From: an uncultured Leptospirales bacterium
Lineage (GTDB): Bacteria; Spirochaetota; UBA4802; UBA5550
Length of the DNA stretch: 64,000 bases
NCBI GenBank assembly: GCA_964645775.1
Contig: CAZYBU010000001.1
Location: forward strand, 115,639-179,638
Direction: 5' to 3'
Shown here: positions 9,313-19,763 of the stretch, piece by piece
Layout: each line of letters starts with the position of its first letter
How positions within the stretch are numbered: position 1 is the first letter of the stretch
Notes under the pieces: model-generated
Told to the model about the DNA's origin: nothing
Database searches by the model: none
The model's input: the letters and a program-made list of their open reading frames with translations, nothing else
Translations under genes and position numbers: made by a program

Positions 9313-10626
9313 GTGAAAGGACAGGGTCCCTGTCTTTTATGCTATATGGGTGAAAAACGGAAATATAACATCTTCATTCCCGGTCTGGATGATTTTAACC
9401 TGAAAGAACTAAACTCCCTGGCCAATTCAGAACAGTACAACTTTCATCCTCTCCTGACCTTTGATGAGATTTTCGGGGAGAACCCTCTTCCCATACAGGA
9501 TGTAATGGAGAAGAGCGAGGAGATCCTCAATAACTTTGAAGGGGAGATCGATGGTATCACAGGATTCTGGGATTTTCCCGTTACCTCAATTGTGCCTTAC
9601 CTGACGGATAAACTGGATCTTCCAGGTCCTTCCCTGAAGAGCGCTCTGCTCTTTGAGCATAAGTACTGGAGTCGTCTGGTACAGAGCCGGGCCATTGACA
9701 TGTATCCTGCCTTTGAGGTGGTCAATCCCTTTGACGAGAATCCCAGGGAGAAGATGACCTTTGAGTATCCATTCTGGCTGAAACCTGTTAAGGCCACGGC
9801 ATCGTACCTCGGCTTTAAAATAGAGAACGACCGTGAGTTCGATGAAGCCATTTCAAAAATAAGGGCAGAGATAGACTGTTATGCCGATCCTTTTAACTGG
9901 CTGATGAACAAAGCAGACCTTCCCGGGGAGTATAGCAGGATAGACGGTTATCACTGCATCGCAGAGGAATTAATTTCCGGGGACCAGTGCACGGTATCCG
10001 GCTATACCTATGGAAATGATATTCGCATCTACGGTGTTGTGGACTCCATAAATTACTCGAACGGAAAGTCCTTCTTCAGGTACGAGTATCCTTCATCTCT
10101 GCCCCGCAAGGTCAAGAAGTACGTGAGCGAGAGCTCAAAAAGGATCATAGACGAGTCCGGTTTCCGGGACAGCCCCTTTAACATAGAGTTTTTCTATGAC
10201 GAGGCCTTCAATCATATCTGGACCCTTGAGGTTAACCCCAGACTTTCTCAGTCACACAGCTACCTTTACCGAATGGTAGACGGTGATTCAAACTTCGAAA
10301 TTATGATCAGGCTTGCCATGGGTCAGGTTCCCCATTTTCCTCGCAGGGAGGGTCCCTACGAGGTGGCCGGAAAATTCTTCCTTCGACATTTCCAGGATGG
10401 AACCGTCCGCAAGGCACCGTCGGAAAAGGAGATCGAGGAATATCACCGGAGAAATCCTTACAGCCGGGTAGACATGCAGGTGAAGGAAGGGATACGCCTA
10501 TCGGACCTTCACCGGCAGGACAGCTACAGTTATGATCTGGCTCATATCTTTCTGGGAGCCGGGGACCGAGACGAGCTGCTCGACCGGTATCACAGTTTTC
10601 TTCAATACCCGTTTGAAATCGACTGA
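9313..10626 (+). CDS. ATP-grasp domain protein (carboxylate-amine ligase-like), function unknown
   Basis: 437 aa. Motifs IAEELISGDQCTVSGYTYG and NIEFFYDE...LEVNPRLSQSH resemble ATP-grasp B and C-terminal subdomains. Confidence 0.6.
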   Translation: MKGQGPCLLCYMGEKRKYNIFIPGLDDFNLKELNSLANSEQYNFHPLLTFDEIFGENPLPIQDVMEKSEEILNNFEGEIDGITGFWDFPVTSIVPYLTDKLDLPGPSLKSALLFEHKYWSRLVQSRAIDMYPAFEVVNPFDENPREKMTFEYPFWLKPVKATASYLGFKIENDREFDEAISKIRAEIDCYADPFNWLMNKADLPGEYSRIDGYHCIAEELISGDQCTVSGYTYGNDIRIYGVVDSINYSNGKSFFRYEYPSSLPRKVKKYVSESSKRIIDESGFRDSPFNIEFFYDEAFNHIWTLEVNPRLSQSHSYLYRMVDGDSNFEIMIRLAMGQVPHFPRREGPYEVAGKFFLRHFQDGTVRKAPSEKEIEEYHRRNPYSRVDMQVKEGIRLSDLHRQDSYSYDLAHIFLGAGDRDELLDRYHSFLQYPFEID

Positions 10627-10649
10627 ATAAAGAATCGCTGAGATGTGAG

Positions 10650-12677
10650 TTGCCCATGCGAATCATTGAAAATTTTCCCTATGAAACAAAAGAGATAGAG
10701 AATGTATTTATTCCGCTACGGGACGGAATCCAACTTGCTGCCCGTATATGGCTGCCTGTCCAGGCGGAAAAGAGCCCGGTGCCGGCCATTCTCGAGTATA
10801 TACCTTACAGAAAGCGGGACAATACCGCCTACAGGGACTCCCTGACTCATCCCTGGTTTGCCGGCCATGGTTACGCATCCGTTCGTGTCGATATGCGAGG
10901 AAGCGGAGATTCTGAAGGGCTCCTGACCGACGAGTACCTGGAAGCGGAACTGGAAGATGGCGAGGACGTTCTTCATTGGATCGGACAACAGCCATGGTGC
11001 AACGGTTCCGTCGGTATGATCGGGATATCCTGGGGAGGATTTAACGGACTCCAGCTGGCGGAGAGGCAGCCGCCGGAACTTGGGGCTGTCATTACCGTTT
11101 GCTCTTCCGATGACAGGTACGCTGATGATGTTCATTATATGGGAGGCTGCCTGCTGGGAGACAACCTCTCATGGGCCTCGACAATGTTTGCCTTTAACTC
11201 AACGCCGCCCGATCCCGGGATAGTGGGGGAGAATTGGAGGAAGATGTGGATTGACCGGCTGAAGGGATGCGGATTGTGGATTGAAAACTGGCTCACTCAT
11301 CAGCACAGAGACGCTTACTGGAAGCATGCGTCCATTTGCGAGAACTACGATGCGGTGAAGGTACCGGTCCTGGCCGTGAGCGGGTGGGCCGACGGATATT
11401 CCAATGCCGTCTTTCGGCTTGTAAAGAACCTGGGAGGCCCGGGAAAGGGGCTTATCGGTCCGTGGAGCCACAGGTATCCACACATGGGAGTCCCGGGGCC
11501 TCCCATCGATTTTCTCGGTGAATGCCTTCGCTGGTGGGACCACTGGTTGAAAAAGGAGGAGAGGGGCGTGGAAGAAGACCCCGCGCTTCGGGTATGGATG
11601 CAGGCCAGTGAACCTCCACATACAAATTACAGCTACAGGTCTGGACGCTGGGTATCCGAGGAGAACTGGCCCTCCCCGAATATTGAAGAGATTTCCCGTC
11701 CGCTGGCCGAAGGGAGGATCTGCAATGGTGAATGTGAAGGAGAAGAGGGTATCCTGCCCCTGCAGTCTCCCCTGACACTGGGATTATTCGGTGGTAAGTG
11801 GTGTTCCTATAGCGCTACGCCTGATCTTCCTTATGATCAGAGAGAAGAGGATGGAGGGGCCCTGGTTTTCGATACCCGCCCCCTGGAAGAAGATGTTGAG
11901 ATCCTGGGAACTCCGCGAGTAAGGCTCAGATTTTCTTCGGACCGCCCCGTTGCCATGGTGGCTGTCCGTCTTTCTGATATGGCGCCGGACGGAAAGGCTA
12001 CCCGGGTCACATTCGGTCTCCTTAATCTCACTCACAGGAACAGCCATGAAAAACCGGAAGAACTGGAGCCGGGAAAGGTCTACGATGTGGAAATTATCAT
12101 GAACGGCATAGCCCAGAACTTTCCACGGGGGAACAGGATCCGTCTCTCTTTATCCACATCATACTGGCCCATGGCCTGGCCCCCACCTGAACCGGTTCGC
12201 CTCAGCTTTCGCCTGGAGGGGTGCTCCCTCACTCTTCCGGAACGAAGGCCCAGGGAAGAAGATGAACGACTGCGTCCCTTAGGTGAACCGGAATCCGCGT
12301 ATCCCTTGAGGGTACGACAGATTAAAGAAGGAGAACATAACTGGAAAGTCTACCGGGACCTGGCCAGCGACCGATCGACCCTTGAGGTCATCAGGGATGA
12401 CGGGGTTGTGCGTCTTGAAGATATTGACCTGGATATGGAAACCCGGTCCATGGAATGGTATACTTCTGTGAACGGAGACTTCCATTCTGTTGAGGGTAAG
12501 ACACTGTGGATTCGGGGCTTCAGCAGGGGAGACTGGAAGGTAAGGACGCGGACGCGAACGGTTCTGACATGCGATTCGGAGCATTTTTATATAAACGCGG
12601 AACTGGACGCTTATGAGAACGAGTACCGTATCTTCTCCAGGGACTGGAACCTGAAAGTCCCTCGCATGCTTGTCTGA
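10650..12677 (+). CDS. CocE/NonD family hydrolase (X-Pro dipeptidyl-peptidase S15-like alpha/beta hydrolase)
   Basis: 675 aa. Nucleophile elbow GISWGG, LPVQAEKSPVPAILEYIPYRKRD N-terminus, and C-terminal beta-sandwich region are typical of CocE/NonD. Confidence 0.82.
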   Translation: MPMRIIENFPYETKEIENVFIPLRDGIQLAARIWLPVQAEKSPVPAILEYIPYRKRDNTAYRDSLTHPWFAGHGYASVRVDMRGSGDSEGLLTDEYLEAELEDGEDVLHWIGQQPWCNGSVGMIGISWGGFNGLQLAERQPPELGAVITVCSSDDRYADDVHYMGGCLLGDNLSWASTMFAFNSTPPDPGIVGENWRKMWIDRLKGCGLWIENWLTHQHRDAYWKHASICENYDAVKVPVLAVSGWADGYSNAVFRLVKNLGGPGKGLIGPWSHRYPHMGVPGPPIDFLGECLRWWDHWLKKEERGVEEDPALRVWMQASEPPHTNYSYRSGRWVSEENWPSPNIEEISRPLAEGRICNGECEGEEGILPLQSPLTLGLFGGKWCSYSATPDLPYDQREEDGGALVFDTRPLEEDVEILGTPRVRLRFSSDRPVAMVAVRLSDMAPDGKATRVTFGLLNLTHRNSHEKPEELEPGKVYDVEIIMNGIAQNFPRGNRIRLSLSTSYWPMAWPPPEPVRLSFRLEGCSLTLPERRPREEDERLRPLGEPESAYPLRVRQIKEGEHNWKVYRDLASDRSTLEVIRDDGVVRLEDIDLDMETRSMEWYTSVNGDFHSVEGKTLWIRGFSRGDWKVRTRTRTVLTCDSEHFYINAELDAYENEYRIFSRDWNLKVPRMLV

Positions 12678-12685
12678 CTACTGCA

Positions 12686-13756
12686 TTATTTCGGCAGGGG
12701 ATTCTTTCCCCGTTCCTGGGCAAGACGTATATAGTTCTCCGCCCCGCTGGCGGGGGGAACGTAAAGATCATCTTCAGATTTTTTCTGGAGCGTAATGGCC
12801 TCAGGTTCACAGGTGGTTACGCAGAGTCCGCATCCGATGCAGCGGTTCAGATCAACCACGGCAGCGTCTTCCAGGGTAATGGCCTCCATCTGGCACCTGT
12901 CCAGGCAGATGGAACAGAGAGTACAGAGTTCTTCGTCCACAACGGCGAAGTAGTTGCTCTGAACGGCTTTCGCCGGGCTGGGTTGCATCTTAATGGATCG
13001 GAGGATTCCGCAGCAGTCCCCGCAGCAGGAGCACATCCCTCCCGCCTTCTGGGAGTTAAAGGGCTGCATTACAAGTCCCGCTTTTTCGCTTTTCTCCGCT
13101 ACCTCCAGGGCCTCCTGGTTCGTTATGTACCGGCCCAAACCGTTCTCCACGTAGTAATCGGCGTGAGACCCAAAGATCAGGCAGGTATCAATGGGGCTGT
13201 CACATCCTCTCTCATTATTATGGGCCAGGACCCGGCAGACACAGTCGGCCAGGGCGATGGTCTTTTGTTCGTTCAGTATAGTGACAACGTCTTCGTAGGG
13301 GGCCACGGGCCATCTGTGGACGATCTTCTCGTTGACCGGGATGGTGCGCATGACAGGGGTACTGTACCCCTGGAGACGTTTACCGTAGGCCTCATCGAAA
13401 TATTCATCCATCATGGCCGCGAATTCCTGGTCCATCCGCTTGAGCTGAAATTCGAAGATACCTACAACAAAGGGTATAGCCCCGTAGCGAGCAGTGTCTC
13501 CTTTCCGATGACGGAAGACAAGTCCTCGACGGGACATGTCTTGAAGGCGCTCGGACGTTATCTCCGGATCTTCATCCAGACGGGCGGCTATTACCGAAGG
13601 TTCTTCAAGAAGGGGAGACATCTGGATGCAGGTTCGCGCGTCCTCTTCGCTGAATAGTTTTTTCAGGATACGGATTTCAACTCCCGATTCCGTCGCGGGA
13701 TACCCGCTGGAGAGAGTGTCCAGTTTCTCCTGCAATGATCTGTAGATATCGCTCAT
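12686..13756 (-). CDS. 4Fe-4S dicluster ferredoxin-domain protein
   Basis: 356 aa. Two CxxCxxCxxxCP motifs (CTLCSICLDRCQ, CIGCGLCVTTCEP) plus an extra CSCCGDCCG cluster. Convergent with the hydrolase gene. Confidence 0.7.
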   Translation of the reverse strand: MSDIYRSLQEKLDTLSSGYPATESGVEIRILKKLFSEEDARTCIQMSPLLEEPSVIAARLDEDPEITSERLQDMSRRGLVFRHRKGDTARYGAIPFVVGIFEFQLKRMDQEFAAMMDEYFDEAYGKRLQGYSTPVMRTIPVNEKIVHRWPVAPYEDVVTILNEQKTIALADCVCRVLAHNNERGCDSPIDTCLIFGSHADYYVENGLGRYITNQEALEVAEKSEKAGLVMQPFNSQKAGGMCSCCGDCCGILRSIKMQPSPAKAVQSNYFAVVDEELCTLCSICLDRCQMEAITLEDAAVVDLNRCIGCGLCVTTCEPEAITLQKKSEDDLYVPPASGAENYIRLAQERGKNPLPK

Positions 13757-14250
13757 GAGTCATTACCATCCATTTCGTGATGTTCGTGATGTGGAACGAT
13801 TCGGGCCGCTTCCGTCGCGGATTTGCCCATGATAACGATGCGGGTTCCATCGATCCAGAATGAAAACCAGGGAAAGGGGGCGGTCCCTGATTCAGTTTTT
13901 TCTGTTCTGTGCCAGGGAATAAAGAGAGGGGAATGACCCATGGAAAAAAGTTTCATAAGCTCGAGACCGATTCCCTCATGGGTGATCGTAACCGTGGCAA
14001 CGGCAGAATAGCTGCTGAAATTTCCAAGACGAAGGGATTGCCAGGTGAATTGTTTACCTGCCATCAGGGCGCCTCTTCTCATGGGGTAGCTGTCGGCAAG
14101 TTTTTTCCATCCGCTTGACCTGGCGATGAGCTGGATGATACCGATCCAGAAGAGAATGAAAAGAAGCGTGACCCCGGCAATAAAGGGAAGATATGCGGGA
14201 ATAACAGGTTCCATGTTCACATGGAGAGGAGAATGACTGTTGTTCGTCAA
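13753..14250 (-). CDS. small integral membrane protein
   Basis: 165 aa. One strong TM helix (PFIAGVTLLFILFWIGIIQLIA). Overlaps the downstream Fe-S gene start by 4 nt. Confidence 0.45.
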   Translation of the reverse strand: MTNNSHSPLHVNMEPVIPAYLPFIAGVTLLFILFWIGIIQLIARSSGWKKLADSYPMRRGALMAGKQFTWQSLRLGNFSSYSAVATVTITHEGIGLELMKLFSMGHSPLFIPWHRTEKTESGTAPFPWFSFWIDGTRIVIMGKSATEAARIVPHHEHHEMDGNDS

Positions 14251-14269
14251 GCTGAAATACCTGATGATT

Positions 14270-15277
14270 TTACTCTGTCTGTGATCGGGGGGATTCTCTT
14301 CTTCTTTTCAAAGGTTCCGAGTAGCGAAGGAGCCAGGCTCTGACCGGTAAACGGAAGATACAGGCAAGAGGTGGTATGAGGGGATGAATATTCTTCCGGA
14401 CCCTGTGGAAGTGGTCATCCAGAGTGTGTCTCTGGAAAATCAGTTCTTTCTGAACCTTTTTCGTGTCCCCGTAGAAGCCGCAGTAAAATTTTCCGGATGA
14501 AAAGGCATTGTCAGGAAAAAACCGTTTCCCCAGTCCGTAGAGCCCGAGGTATCGGTCCAGGTATTCCCTGAAGGTAGTGCGGCAGGTATCTCCTCCCGCG
14601 AGATTATGAACCCTTCCATAGAGAGTTTCGTTTTCAAGGACGCGGACCAGGGCCAGAGCCGTGTCGTCGCTTTCCAGAATCTCCACGGAAGTGTCCAGAG
14701 GCATAAGAAAGAGAAGGCGCATGTTCTCCCGATTCAGGGGTTTTACCGGCGTGGTTATATACGCCAGTCGGAAAATGACCCAGGTGAGAGATGAGTCTCG
14801 TACGATCCGTTCAGCGTCGAGTTTACTCTTTCCGTAATGGTCGCCGGGATTGGGATTTGGTGAATCGCCGCAAAGGATTACGGGATCAGACAACCGGTCC
14901 CCGTACACGGAAATGGAGGATGTGAAGACAAACCTGGCAGAGGGGGAGACCTCTTCAAGGGCACGGACAAGGTTACCGGTGCCCTGGACGTTGATTTTCT
15001 CCGCGAGATCCGGCCTGTCCCAGGCCAGGGGAGGGATTACGCCCGCCAGGTGAATGCAGGCGTCAATGTCCCGACAGGCCTTCAGACAGTCTTCGCGGCT
15101 GGTTATATCTCCCCAGATGACCTCAACGCAATGAGAGATGTCATGATGAAAACGTATGTTTTTTTTCGAGGGACGAAGGAGAACTCGAATTTTTAATGCT
15201 TCTTCGTGGCGCAGGAGTTCCTTAAGGGTCTCTCCACCCACATCACCCGTGGAGCCGGTAAGAAGGATTCGTTTCAT
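14270..15277 (-). CDS. NAD-dependent epimerase/dehydratase family protein (SDR)
   Basis: Rossmann motif LLTGSTGDVGGETL. Start chosen at MKRILLTG (15277). The ORF extends to 15322. Confidence 0.72.
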   Translation of the reverse strand: MKRILLTGSTGDVGGETLKELLRHEEALKIRVLLRPSKKNIRFHHDISHCVEVIWGDITSREDCLKACRDIDACIHLAGVIPPLAWDRPDLAEKINVQGTGNLVRALEEVSPSARFVFTSSISVYGDRLSDPVILCGDSPNPNPGDHYGKSKLDAERIVRDSSLTWVIFRLAYITTPVKPLNRENMRLLFLMPLDTSVEILESDDTALALVRVLENETLYGRVHNLAGGDTCRTTFREYLDRYLGLYGLGKRFFPDNAFSSGKFYCGFYGDTKKVQKELIFQRHTLDDHFHRVRKNIHPLIPPLACIFRLPVRAWLLRYSEPLKRRRESPRSQTE

Positions 15278-15340
15278 GTTGTTCGTCTTTCCGCAATATG
15301 TGATATGTAGCATGACCCCCAAAGAAAGGCAATAGATATT

Positions 15341-15661
15341 TCAGGACAAACCGCTGAAGGTAAAAAATCTTTCAGCCTCCATGAAATAGAGGATACTCAT
15401 GAAAGTCTCTTTTTCCCCCTCAATCATTAGATCCTTTTTTCTGGAACGGAGCTCTTTGCCCAGGGAAAGCATCAAACAGATGCCGGATGAGTCGATCCTT
15501 TGAATCCGGGAAATATTCAGGATTACGTCCGGGTATCCTGCTTCACCGATTAAACGGTTTAAATGCCTGCGGAGAAGGGGGACCGTATCCAGATCCAGGG
15601 AAGGCGAACAAAGAGTGATCCTTAGGCGGTCCTTTTCCTTCGAATGAATCGCGTATGACAT
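15341..15661 (-). CDS. STAS-domain protein (anti-sigma-factor antagonist-like)
   Basis: 106 aa. STAS fold signature ...LDLDTVPLLRRHL...VILNISRIQRIDSSGICLM. Confidence 0.65.
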   Translation of the reverse strand: MSYAIHSKEKDRLRITLCSPSLDLDTVPLLRRHLNRLIGEAGYPDVILNISRIQRIDSSGICLMLSLGKELRSRKKDLMIEGEKETFMSILYFMEAERFFTFSGLS

Positions 15662-15679
15662 GGTGATTATCCTTTAGTC

Positions 15680-15702
15680 TTTTACAGGGTACACGTAAAA
15701 AA
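15680..15702 (-). promoter_or_regulatory. conserved 23-nt upstream element, copy 1 (19 nt upstream of the STAS gene start)
   Basis: ttttacagggtacacgtaaaaaa matches 20/23 positions with a second copy at 39590-39612, which lies 20 nt upstream of another minus-strand gene. Confidence 0.4.
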
Positions 15703-15811
15703 CCGCATGGATGAAAAAAAAAGAGGTCTGTTTTATCAGAAGATATTTCGCGTTGACGTATTAAATGTGAAAAGGTAGTATTATTGATATAGGAGCCATC
15801 CTGGAGGAACC

Positions 15812-18217
15812 ATGAAACGATCCCGAGTCTTTTTCCTTATTGTTGTTCTTATCCTGGTAGCGGCGGGAACCTTCTTTTGGGTTACCCGGGACATGAGAGC
15901 TTCGGCCCTTCCAGCGCTTGACGGGGAGGCAAAGCTTCCCGGCCTAACGGGAGAGGTGACGGTTATCCGGGATGATCACGGCATACCTCACATAACGGCC
16001 GCGACTGAAGAGGACCTCTACCGGGCCACAGGTTATGTCATGGCACAGGACCGGCTGTGGCAGATGGATCTCCTTCGAAGGGTAACGGCCGGAAGACTCT
16101 CCGAGATTATCGGGAAGCCCATGGTTAAGCCGGACGTACTCTTCCGAAGCCTCCGTATTCGGGAAAAAGCCGGTGAGATTGTGAAGGAGATGGACCCGGA
16201 GATGCGAGGAAACCTTGAGGCCTTCCGGGATGGAGTGAATATCTACCTACGGTCCATCGATAAGCTTCCCTTCGAGTTTCGGCTCCTGGGGTACGAGATG
16301 GAACCCTGGACACTGATCGATTCGGTCAGCCTGATCGGGTACATGTCCTGGGATCTCTCCACGGCCTGGAGCACGGAAATTGTCATGAACCTTATCCGGG
16401 AGAAGGTGGGAGACGAGATGTTCCGGCGGCTGGAGCCGGACTTCCTGAAGGATACCACCGTCTTTCCCGATTACGGGGTGGACCTCAGAGAGCTTCATCG
16501 GATCTTCGCCCGGCAGAGGGAAGTCCGGGAGAACCTGGGACTGGTTGTCCTCCAGGGTAGCAATAACTGGGCCGTGTCCGGCAAGAAGACCGCGGACGGG
16601 AAACCGATACTGGCTAATGACATGCACCTGGGGCTTTTCGTGCCCGGCATCTGGTACCAGATCCATCAGTATGTCCCGGGAAAACTGAATGTCACGGGTG
16701 TGGCCCTTCCGGGTCAGCCCATGGTTATCTGCGGCCATAATGAAGATATTGCCTGGGGCATGACCAATGTCATGCTCGATGATATAGATTTCTATGTTGA
16801 GAAGATTCATCCTGAAGATCCGGACAGGTACCTTTTCCGGGGACAGTGGCGCGAGTTTACAAAGAGGCAGGAAGTCATAAAAATCCGGGGCAAGGACCCG
16901 GTTAAAAAAACGATCCGTTTTACGCACCGGGGTCCCGTGATCTCAGGCATGAAGGATACGGGCGATAAAACCGTTTCAATGAGGTGGATCGGTAACGAGA
17001 AGAGTAATGAACTGCTTACGGTTTACAGGCTGAACCGTGCCCGGAACTGGAAAGAATTCCTTGAGGCCCTGGAGACCTTTGTTGCCATTGGCCAGAATGT
17101 TGTCTATGCCGACGTGGAGGGCAATATCGGTATTGTCAACACGGGAGGGGTCCCCCTTCGGCCGGAAGGGGATGACGGGTCCCGCCTTTATCCCGGCTGG
17201 ACAGGCGAACATGAGTGGAAGGGTCTCGTTCCCTTCAGCGAAAAACCGAAGCGGTTTAATCCCCCGGAAGGGTTCGTGGCGTCGGCTAACAACCGGACGG
17301 TCGACGAGAGGTTTCCCCACGTGATTACACGGTGGGGATTCGCTGTATCCTACCGTATAGAACGAATCAATGAGCTGCTGAATTCCCATGAGAAAATCAC
17401 CGTGGAAACGATGAAAAAGTTCCACAATGATACCTTTACCCATCTCCTCGGTGAGATGGAACCCGCCATCCGGGTGCTGAATGAGAACAGGGACCAGTTA
17501 AGCGGGCGGGAGAATAAAGCACTTGATATCCTCATGGCCTGGGACGGGCGCATGGATATTGAAAGCGGGGCCGCGGCGGTACTCGATTCATTCTACCTTT
17601 CCCTGGCCCGGGGGATTTTCTACGACGAAATGGGAAAAGATCTCTTCAATCGGTTTTTTTCCAGTAAAATGATCAGCCAGCAGGCCTTTCGACAGATACT
17701 GAAAGACCCGGACAACCCCTGGTATGACTTCAACGAAACAAAGAAAAAGGAAGGATTCAGAGAAGTTGTCCTGTCCGCTTTCAGGGACGCCGTGGGTGTA
17801 CTGCGTGTGGAGATGGGAAGGAACCCGGCGAAGTGGAGATGGGGAGATGTTCACAGCATCACACTGAAGCATCCCCTGGGTCGAATGTGGGTTGTAGACG
17901 CGATCTTTAAACTGAACAGCGGCCCCTACCCGGTGCCGGGAAGCTTCCATACGATACCGCAGTTTATGTACAGACAGGCCAAACCCTTTGAGGTGGTGCA
18001 CGGTCCTTCCCAGAGGCATATCTATACGCCTGGAGAATGGGACAGGTCATTGAGTATGATACCCACGGGCACATCTGGTATCCCGGGTAGTCCTTATTAC
18101 TGTGACCAGGCCCCGGGATTCATGAAGGGAGAGTATCATGATGATCCATTCTCTTCGGAAGCTGTGGAGAAGGCGGCCAGATACAGATTGACCTTTTGGC
18201 CGATGAAACAGAGATAA
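15812..18217 (+). CDS. penicillin acylase family protein (Ntn-hydrolase S45, AHL-acylase-like)
   Basis: 801 aa. Signal/TM N-terminus. Beta-subunit N-terminal nucleophile motif LQGSNNWAVSG. Family-typical length. Confidence 0.85.
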   Translation: MKRSRVFFLIVVLILVAAGTFFWVTRDMRASALPALDGEAKLPGLTGEVTVIRDDHGIPHITAATEEDLYRATGYVMAQDRLWQMDLLRRVTAGRLSEIIGKPMVKPDVLFRSLRIREKAGEIVKEMDPEMRGNLEAFRDGVNIYLRSIDKLPFEFRLLGYEMEPWTLIDSVSLIGYMSWDLSTAWSTEIVMNLIREKVGDEMFRRLEPDFLKDTTVFPDYGVDLRELHRIFARQREVRENLGLVVLQGSNNWAVSGKKTADGKPILANDMHLGLFVPGIWYQIHQYVPGKLNVTGVALPGQPMVICGHNEDIAWGMTNVMLDDIDFYVEKIHPEDPDRYLFRGQWREFTKRQEVIKIRGKDPVKKTIRFTHRGPVISGMKDTGDKTVSMRWIGNEKSNELLTVYRLNRARNWKEFLEALETFVAIGQNVVYADVEGNIGIVNTGGVPLRPEGDDGSRLYPGWTGEHEWKGLVPFSEKPKRFNPPEGFVASANNRTVDERFPHVITRWGFAVSYRIERINELLNSHEKITVETMKKFHNDTFTHLLGEMEPAIRVLNENRDQLSGRENKALDILMAWDGRMDIESGAAAVLDSFYLSLARGIFYDEMGKDLFNRFFSSKMISQQAFRQILKDPDNPWYDFNETKKKEGFREVVLSAFRDAVGVLRVEMGRNPAKWRWGDVHSITLKHPLGRMWVVDAIFKLNSGPYPVPGSFHTIPQFMYRQAKPFEVVHGPSQRHIYTPGEWDRSLSMIPTGTSGIPGSPYYCDQAPGFMKGEYHDDPFSSEAVEKAARYRLTFWPMKQR

Positions 18218-18300
18218 CGGTTACCCTGAAAAAGGGTTCGAAACTATACTGGAGACCGTCAATTATTCCTGTAGTTGCATTTACGCGCAGAATAATTCCG

Positions 18301-18332
18301 CCCCGGAAATCGGCGGGGATAGTAGTTTTTTT
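18301..18332 (+). terminator. possible intrinsic terminator after acylase gene (weak)
   Basis: GC stem CCCCG/CGGGG with 8-nt loop, then a T7 run at 18326-18332. Confidence 0.3.
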
Positions 18333-18392
18333 ATGGTGAGTAAAGTTAAAGAATAAATACTGACTGGAGACTGACCAAGGAGATGTGTTAAG

Positions 18393-19763
18393 ATGAATGT
18401 TAAAAAAGTAATCAAGGCCCAGCGGGCCTTCTTCGAAAGCGGAATAACTCTTGACCTGGAATTCAGGCTTAACACCCTGCGGCGTCTGTACCGGGCCATA
18501 CAGAGATACGAACATGAAATAACGGATGCCCTTCATAAAGATTTTATGAAACCTCCCTTTGAAGGATATATCACGGAGGTGGGCGTTATCCTGGATGAGA
18601 TACGTTATATCCGGAAGCATCTGAAGAAATGGGCAAAGCCGAAGAAGGTGAAGACGCCCCTGTTACATTTTCCTTCTAAATCATACATCCATCATGAACC
18701 TTATGGAACGACCCTTATCATAGCGCCCTGGAATTATCCCTTTCAGCTTATGATGTCACCCCTTATCGGCGCTCTGGCCGCGGGAAACACGGCCCTGCTT
18801 AAGCCGGCCATGGATACAAAACATACGGCTGAGATCATAGGGAAGATAATCGACGAGACCTTCACGAAGGACTACGTGGCGGTCTTCGACGGTACCCGCA
18901 AGCAGGGGCGCAAACTGGTGGAAGAGGACTTTGACTATATCTTCTTCACCGGGAGCACGGCAGCGGGTAAAGTGGTGGCTCAGGCGGCCGGTGCTCACCT
19001 GACTCCCTGCACCCTGGAACTGGGCGGAAAGAGCCCGGCCATCGTGACAGCGACAGCGGACCTGGATATTACGGCCCGGCGGATCGTATGGGGAAAGTTC
19101 GTGAATGCGGGGCAGACCTGTATCGCTCCCGATTACCTGATGGTGGAAGAACCGGTGCGGGAAGAACTCCTGAAGAAGATGAAGTCCCTGATTCGGGCCT
19201 TTTACGGAGAAGACCCGAGGACCAGTGAAAGCTACAGTCGTATCATCAATTCTTCTCAGTACGATCGGCTTGTGAGACTTCTGGAGAGTGGAGATATCTT
19301 TGTTGGTGGAAGAAAAAACAGGAAAGAACGGTATATCGAGCCGACCATACTCACAAACGTGAAATACTCGGACCCCATCATGAATGAGGAGATCTTCGGC
19401 CCTCTTCTCCCGGTTCTTTCTATCAAAAAGGTTGATGACGCCGTGAAGGTGATCAATAACGGTAATCGTCCTCTGGCAGCCTATATCTTTTCCAGCGATA
19501 AAGATGAACAGGAGAAGCTGATCCGGGAGGTCCGTTACGGGGGAGGATGCGTCAATGATGTCCTCATGCATGTTGCCAATCCCCATCTTCCCTTTGGAGG
19601 AGTTCGGGCCTCAGGCCAGGGACGCTATCACGGGGAACACAGTTTTAAAGCCTTCTCCAACATGAAGAGCGTGCTGAGGAAAGGGTACAGGTTCGATATG
19701 GTGCTCCGGTATCCACCCTACACTCAGGGTGCTCTTTCTCTCATTAAAAGGATGCTAAAATGA
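18393..19763 (+). CDS. aldehyde dehydrogenase (ALDH3-like family)
   Basis: 456 aa. Catalytic motifs ELGGKSP and NAGQTCIAPDY. Preceded by AAGGAGATG. Confidence 0.88.
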   Translation: MNVKKVIKAQRAFFESGITLDLEFRLNTLRRLYRAIQRYEHEITDALHKDFMKPPFEGYITEVGVILDEIRYIRKHLKKWAKPKKVKTPLLHFPSKSYIHHEPYGTTLIIAPWNYPFQLMMSPLIGALAAGNTALLKPAMDTKHTAEIIGKIIDETFTKDYVAVFDGTRKQGRKLVEEDFDYIFFTGSTAAGKVVAQAAGAHLTPCTLELGGKSPAIVTATADLDITARRIVWGKFVNAGQTCIAPDYLMVEEPVREELLKKMKSLIRAFYGEDPRTSESYSRIINSSQYDRLVRLLESGDIFVGGRKNRKERYIEPTILTNVKYSDPIMNEEIFGPLLPVLSIKKVDDAVKVINNGNRPLAAYIFSSDKDEQEKLIREVRYGGGCVNDVLMHVANPHLPFGGVRASGQGRYHGEHSFKAFSNMKSVLRKGYRFDMVLRYPPYTQGALSLIKRMLK

